This document shows positions 60,601 to 64,000 of a DNA stretch of 64,000 bases, one piece after another. The stretch comes from Stegostoma tigrinum (lineage: Eukaryota), in assembly GCF_030684315.1 (NCBI RefSeq), contig NC_081363.1, forward strand, positions 15,998,116-16,062,115. Direction: 5' to 3'. The position numbers and the translations under genes were made by a program. How positions within the stretch are numbered: position 1 is the first letter of the stretch; each line of letters starts with the position of its first letter. The notes beneath the pieces are model-generated. The model was not told where the DNA came from. It saw nothing but the letters and a program-made list of their open reading frames with translations, and searched no databases.

Positions 60601-62150
60601 CCAGAAAAAACTTTGTTGGTCAAACAGTGTGCTTTATTCTGTGAATAAGTGAAACCATTTGGAACAGATTTGATGGTCAAAACCCCTGGCCTGTATTGAG
60701 GGGACTGTCATTCTAACTCTATCTGGTGATCCTTGGCTCAGTGAGAATGATTTGTGAGGTAATTTTGATTGGTCTGTTGATTAGATTAGATTCCCTACAG
60801 TGTGGAAACAGTCTCTTCGGCCCAACAAGTCCACACCGCCCCTTGGAGCATCCCACCCAGACCCATCCCCCTTTAACCCTCACACTCCTGAACACTACAG
60901 GCAATTTAGCATGGTCAATCCACCTGGCCTGCACATCTTTGGACTGTGGGAGGAAACCGGAGCAACAGGAGCACCCGGAGGAAATCCATGCAGACATGGG
61001 GAGAATGTGCAAACTCCGCACAGTCGCCCGAGGCTGGAACCAAACCCAGGTCCCTGGCGCTATGAGGCTGCAGTGCTAACCGCTGAGCCACCGTGCTGCC
61101 AATGTTTCAAATTTTTTCACCTGGATGAGATCAAAATCACATGGCTTACCAAATATGCCATTCAGGACTGAAATGAGGAAGCATTTCTTAACTGAGTTGT
61201 GAACCTGTGGAATTCTCTGCAACAGGAAGCTGTTGGGACCAGTTCATTACATATATTCAAGAGGGAGCTGGACGTGGCCCTTGTGGCTAAAGGGATCAAG
61301 GTGTATGGAGAGAGGAAGGGAATGGGATACTGAGATTGCATGATCAGCCATGAATGTAGTGAATGCTAATTTAGGGTCGACGGGCCAAACGGCCACCTCC
61401 TGTACACATTTTCTGTTTGTTTTTTAAACAAACCTTGAACTAGAGGACTGCATTAGCTGAATGACCAGTTTGAGAGAGTGCAGTGGCTTCAGAGGCCTAA
61501 GCATCAAAAGGTGTAGATGAGGTTGCAGATTAGCATTTCCACAGCTGCAAAGGTGCATGAAGGGCCAAAAGATTGACAAGTCGTGTTTTAAAGTGAGTTT
61601 TCTTGCTAAACACAGTTGGGAGGAGAGCAGTAGCAAGGAGTGATAGCAGCTGGCCTGTGGTTGACTTGAGATAATGGGAACTGCAGATGCTGGAGAATCT
61701 GAGATGATAACGTGTGGAGCTGGATGAACACAGCAGGCAAAACAGCATCTTAGGTGTACAGAAGCTGATGTTTCAGGCCTAGACCCTTGCGCAAGTGATA
61801 CCATGTGATTGGAGAGAAATATCTTTTAAATGAATCCGACCAATTTATACATAGTTTTGGGTAAGATGCTATTTCTACTTCTCAATGCACCTGACTTGTG
61901 GATGCCACTGCTGCAGTGAAACCGGTGCCTGAGAATGTGCTTTGCATGTTAGATTTTAAATTACTGTTGAGAAATGTAGGGGATGTAGTGAGGTTTTTCT
62001 AAGATTTTAAACCTCTTCTGCTTTTAATGTTCCCTCATTCCTTCTCACCGCCACCCTACCCAGGTTAAGTTGGAGGTTAAATGGGAACTGAAGGATGACG
62101 ATGACAAAGATATCTTCTGCTGGAAGATTCCAGTCCAGATTATTGTCTAA
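48548..62150 (+). CDS. NPC2: NPC2-like paralogue, copy B (ML domain; whole gene)
   Basis: join(48548..48632,55313..55417,60348..60520,62064..62150) = 450 nt, 149 aa, with no stops or frameshifts. Same intron positions and phases as copy A; six Cys retained; one codon shorter in exon 2. Confidence 0.94.
52265..52620 (+). mobile_element. tRNA-derived V-domain SINE (HE1-like)
   Basis: tRNA-like head with A-box (TGGCTCATTGG), V-domain TGTGTGGAGTTTGCACATTCT...GGTTTCCTCC, CR1-like tail ending GGGATTCT. Confidence 0.85.
55313..55417 (+). CDS. NPC2: NPC2-B exon 2
   Basis: TTACAG acceptor, A|GTAAGT donor, 105 nt, [35 protein letters not shown]. Confidence 0.94.
55600..56372 (+). mobile_element. Second LINE family (CR1/L2 group) remnant
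   Basis: [23 protein letters not shown] and [17 protein letters not shown] (RT upstream motifs). Related remnants at ~5860-6770, 22540-22830, 32840-34010, 53470-54040 and 62840-64000. Confidence 0.8.
60348..60520 (+). CDS. NPC2: NPC2-B exon 3
   Basis: TTTTCAG acceptor, GTAAGT donor, 173 nt, [15 protein letters not shown]...[11 protein letters not shown]...LPVKDAYPT. Confidence 0.95.
60783..61100 (-). mobile_element. tRNA-derived V-domain SINE (HE1-like)
   Basis: Reverse complement starts GGCAGCACGGTGGCTCAGCGGTTAGCACTG; same body as 52265-52620. Confidence 0.88.
62064..62150 (+). CDS. NPC2: NPC2-B exon 4
   Basis: CCCAG acceptor; [28 protein letters not shown]; TAA at 62148-62150. Confidence 0.94.
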   Translation, partial: VKLEVKWELKDDDDKDIFCWKIPVQIIV

Positions 62151-62373
62151 ACCAGATCACCGGAATACTAACCCCAGCAAGTGCTTCTTGTTCTCGGACA
62201 CTGTGGTCAGCTGCGCTATGGAAAATTAAGCCAAACTTCTTTTGAAGAGATTTTTTGATATTTTTACAAAGTCTTATGCTTGTTAACTTTGGAGCATAGT
62301 TTTTAAAGATTTAATTATGAATTGTCCAAGGCTTGAATACTAAACATTTCTTGTAAATTAACTTGTTTAAGCC

Positions 62374-62379
62374 AATAAA
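62374..62379 (+). terminator. Likely polyadenylation signal of NPC2-B
   Basis: AATAAA about 225 nt after the stop, at a position equivalent to that of copy A (both read CAATAAAGA). Confidence 0.7.
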
Positions 62380-64000
62380 GACATTTAACTACAAGGTGTA
62401 TGCGGTGTTGCTTTAAATTGAGAGACTGTAAATGGAGAAAAAGAGCTAGTTGGATGATTCCGGATCTCTTCTCTCTTCTCCTCGCGCGCCCCCCCCCCCC
62501 CCCCCTGGTTTTCTAAGAGAAGTGGACCAAGGCAGTGGGGGAGATTTTTTATTCCTGCTGTAGTGTTTGGAAATAACTCTGGCTTGGCCCATCTCTCAAC
62601 TTCCCATTTGCATTGAGTTCTTTCAAACACGTTGGGCAACTCTCTAACTCTCTTTCTTTCCAGTTCCCCTCCCCAGGCTGTTTTTGACTGTGGCAGCTTT
62701 CTGTATTCACTCATGTCATATAGGCTTCTGAGTGAACTAGGGTTTGCCCACCCTTGGATTCCTAGATTTTTGTCACTGGTCATGATAATTGCCTGTCACT
62801 TGTCACCCTGGCCTGGGTACGGTCCAGGTCTTGCTTGACTGTTTCAGTATTGAAACAAATCAATATGAACACTCAACCTTTATTTGGTGGGGTGGGGGAA
62901 GAGTGTCATTAATGAAGCAGGGTGATGGGTGGGCTAAGGACCCTGACCTAAGGGTACTCATGCAGGAGTGCCCTAGAGCCACTATGATGAGCAGCAATCG
63001 CAACCGTATTCTTTTGAGCTAGATATGACTCCAACCAGCGGAGGTTTCCCCTGATTCCCATTGACAGTAGTGCTAGGACTGCTTGACTCCACTCTTGGTC
63101 AGTTGTGGAGTTAACTCCTGTCTGAAGTTTGAATCAAGACTGGACAAAGGAACTGAGTGCCCCTAGTGGAATGTAACTGAGTGACAGTGAATAATTGTGA
63201 AGTAAATGCTGCTTGACAGCTCTGCTGATGCCCCCTTGATCACTTTACTGATGATCAGTTGTAGACTGAGCAGTAAATGGGCAGGTTGGATTTGCTTTGC
63301 ATCTGTGTGCAGGACATGCCTGGGCAATTTTTGACATTTCTGGGTGGATATATTGGAACAACTTTGTCAGAGGAGCAGTAAGTTTTGGAATGCAAACCTT
63401 TAGTACTATTCACAGAACATTGTCATGACCCATAGCCTTGGCTGTATCAAAGGCCCTCGGTCATTTTTCTTATCACTTGGAATGAATAAAATTGGCTGCA
63501 GAAGGCAGGTCCCTTGCATCCCAGACTGCAAAGGAGATTAAAATGGGTTATCTACTCTGTCTGGTTGAAGATGGTTCAGCCTTGATTTGTGCTAAGCACC
63601 TCCATCAATGAGTATGGGAATATTTGTGGAGCTGCCTCCTCTCCTGAGTTATTTAATTGACTCCCATCATTCAGCAGGACTGCAAACCTTGGATCTGATC
63701 AGTTTGTTTAGATTGCTTTTTCCTGTATGTCACTTGCTGCTTTGGCATGCAAGCAGTCCTGTGTTGGGATATAGCAGATTGATGACTGACTTTTAGGTAT
63801 GCTTACTGCTGCTCCTGGCAAGCACTCCTGTACTCCATTGAACCACAGTTGATCGTAACGTTTGCAGAATACACTAGGCCATGCAGTTGCAGGTTGTCTG
63901 CCTGTCTACAGTTCTGATGGCCCACAATGTCATGCGTGCCCAATTATGAGCTGCTAGATCTATTTGAAATCTATCCCATTAAGTGGTCAAACCACATAAC

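Noticed and set aside
31180-62150. The two NPC2 copies as a haplotype or assembly duplication
   Set aside because: About 38% protein divergence and dissimilar introns are far beyond allelic difference.

Overview
Eukaryotic, intron-rich, repeat-rich vertebrate DNA. The repeat complement (V-domain/HE1-type SINEs, CR1 LINEs, many Penelope-like elements) suggests a shark or other cartilaginous fish; this is an inference. Three spliced genes can be read directly: ISCA2 (minus strand, 4 exons, 175 aa) head-to-head with NPC2 copy A (plus, 4 exons, 150 aa), followed by a tandem paralogue, NPC2 copy B (plus, 4 exons, 149 aa, about 62% identical by hand count). Points of most interest: (i) the NPC2-B promoter consists of a ~24-unit minisatellite in which each unit is a CCAAT/TALE box plus a GC box; (ii) the two NPC2 paralogues diverge reciprocally at sterol-pocket and membrane-knob positions; (iii) several Penelope-like families carry minimal hammerhead ribozyme motifs, including an intact same-strand pair 511 bp apart just upstream of NPC2-B; (iv) a different ~60-bp minisatellite lies inside the ISCA2/NPC2-A bidirectional promoter; (v) a ~320-bp decayed palindrome lies near the window start. 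Most short ORFs in the supplied track are repeat-derived or spurious. Repeat boundaries are approximate unless a target-site duplication (TSD) is quoted.
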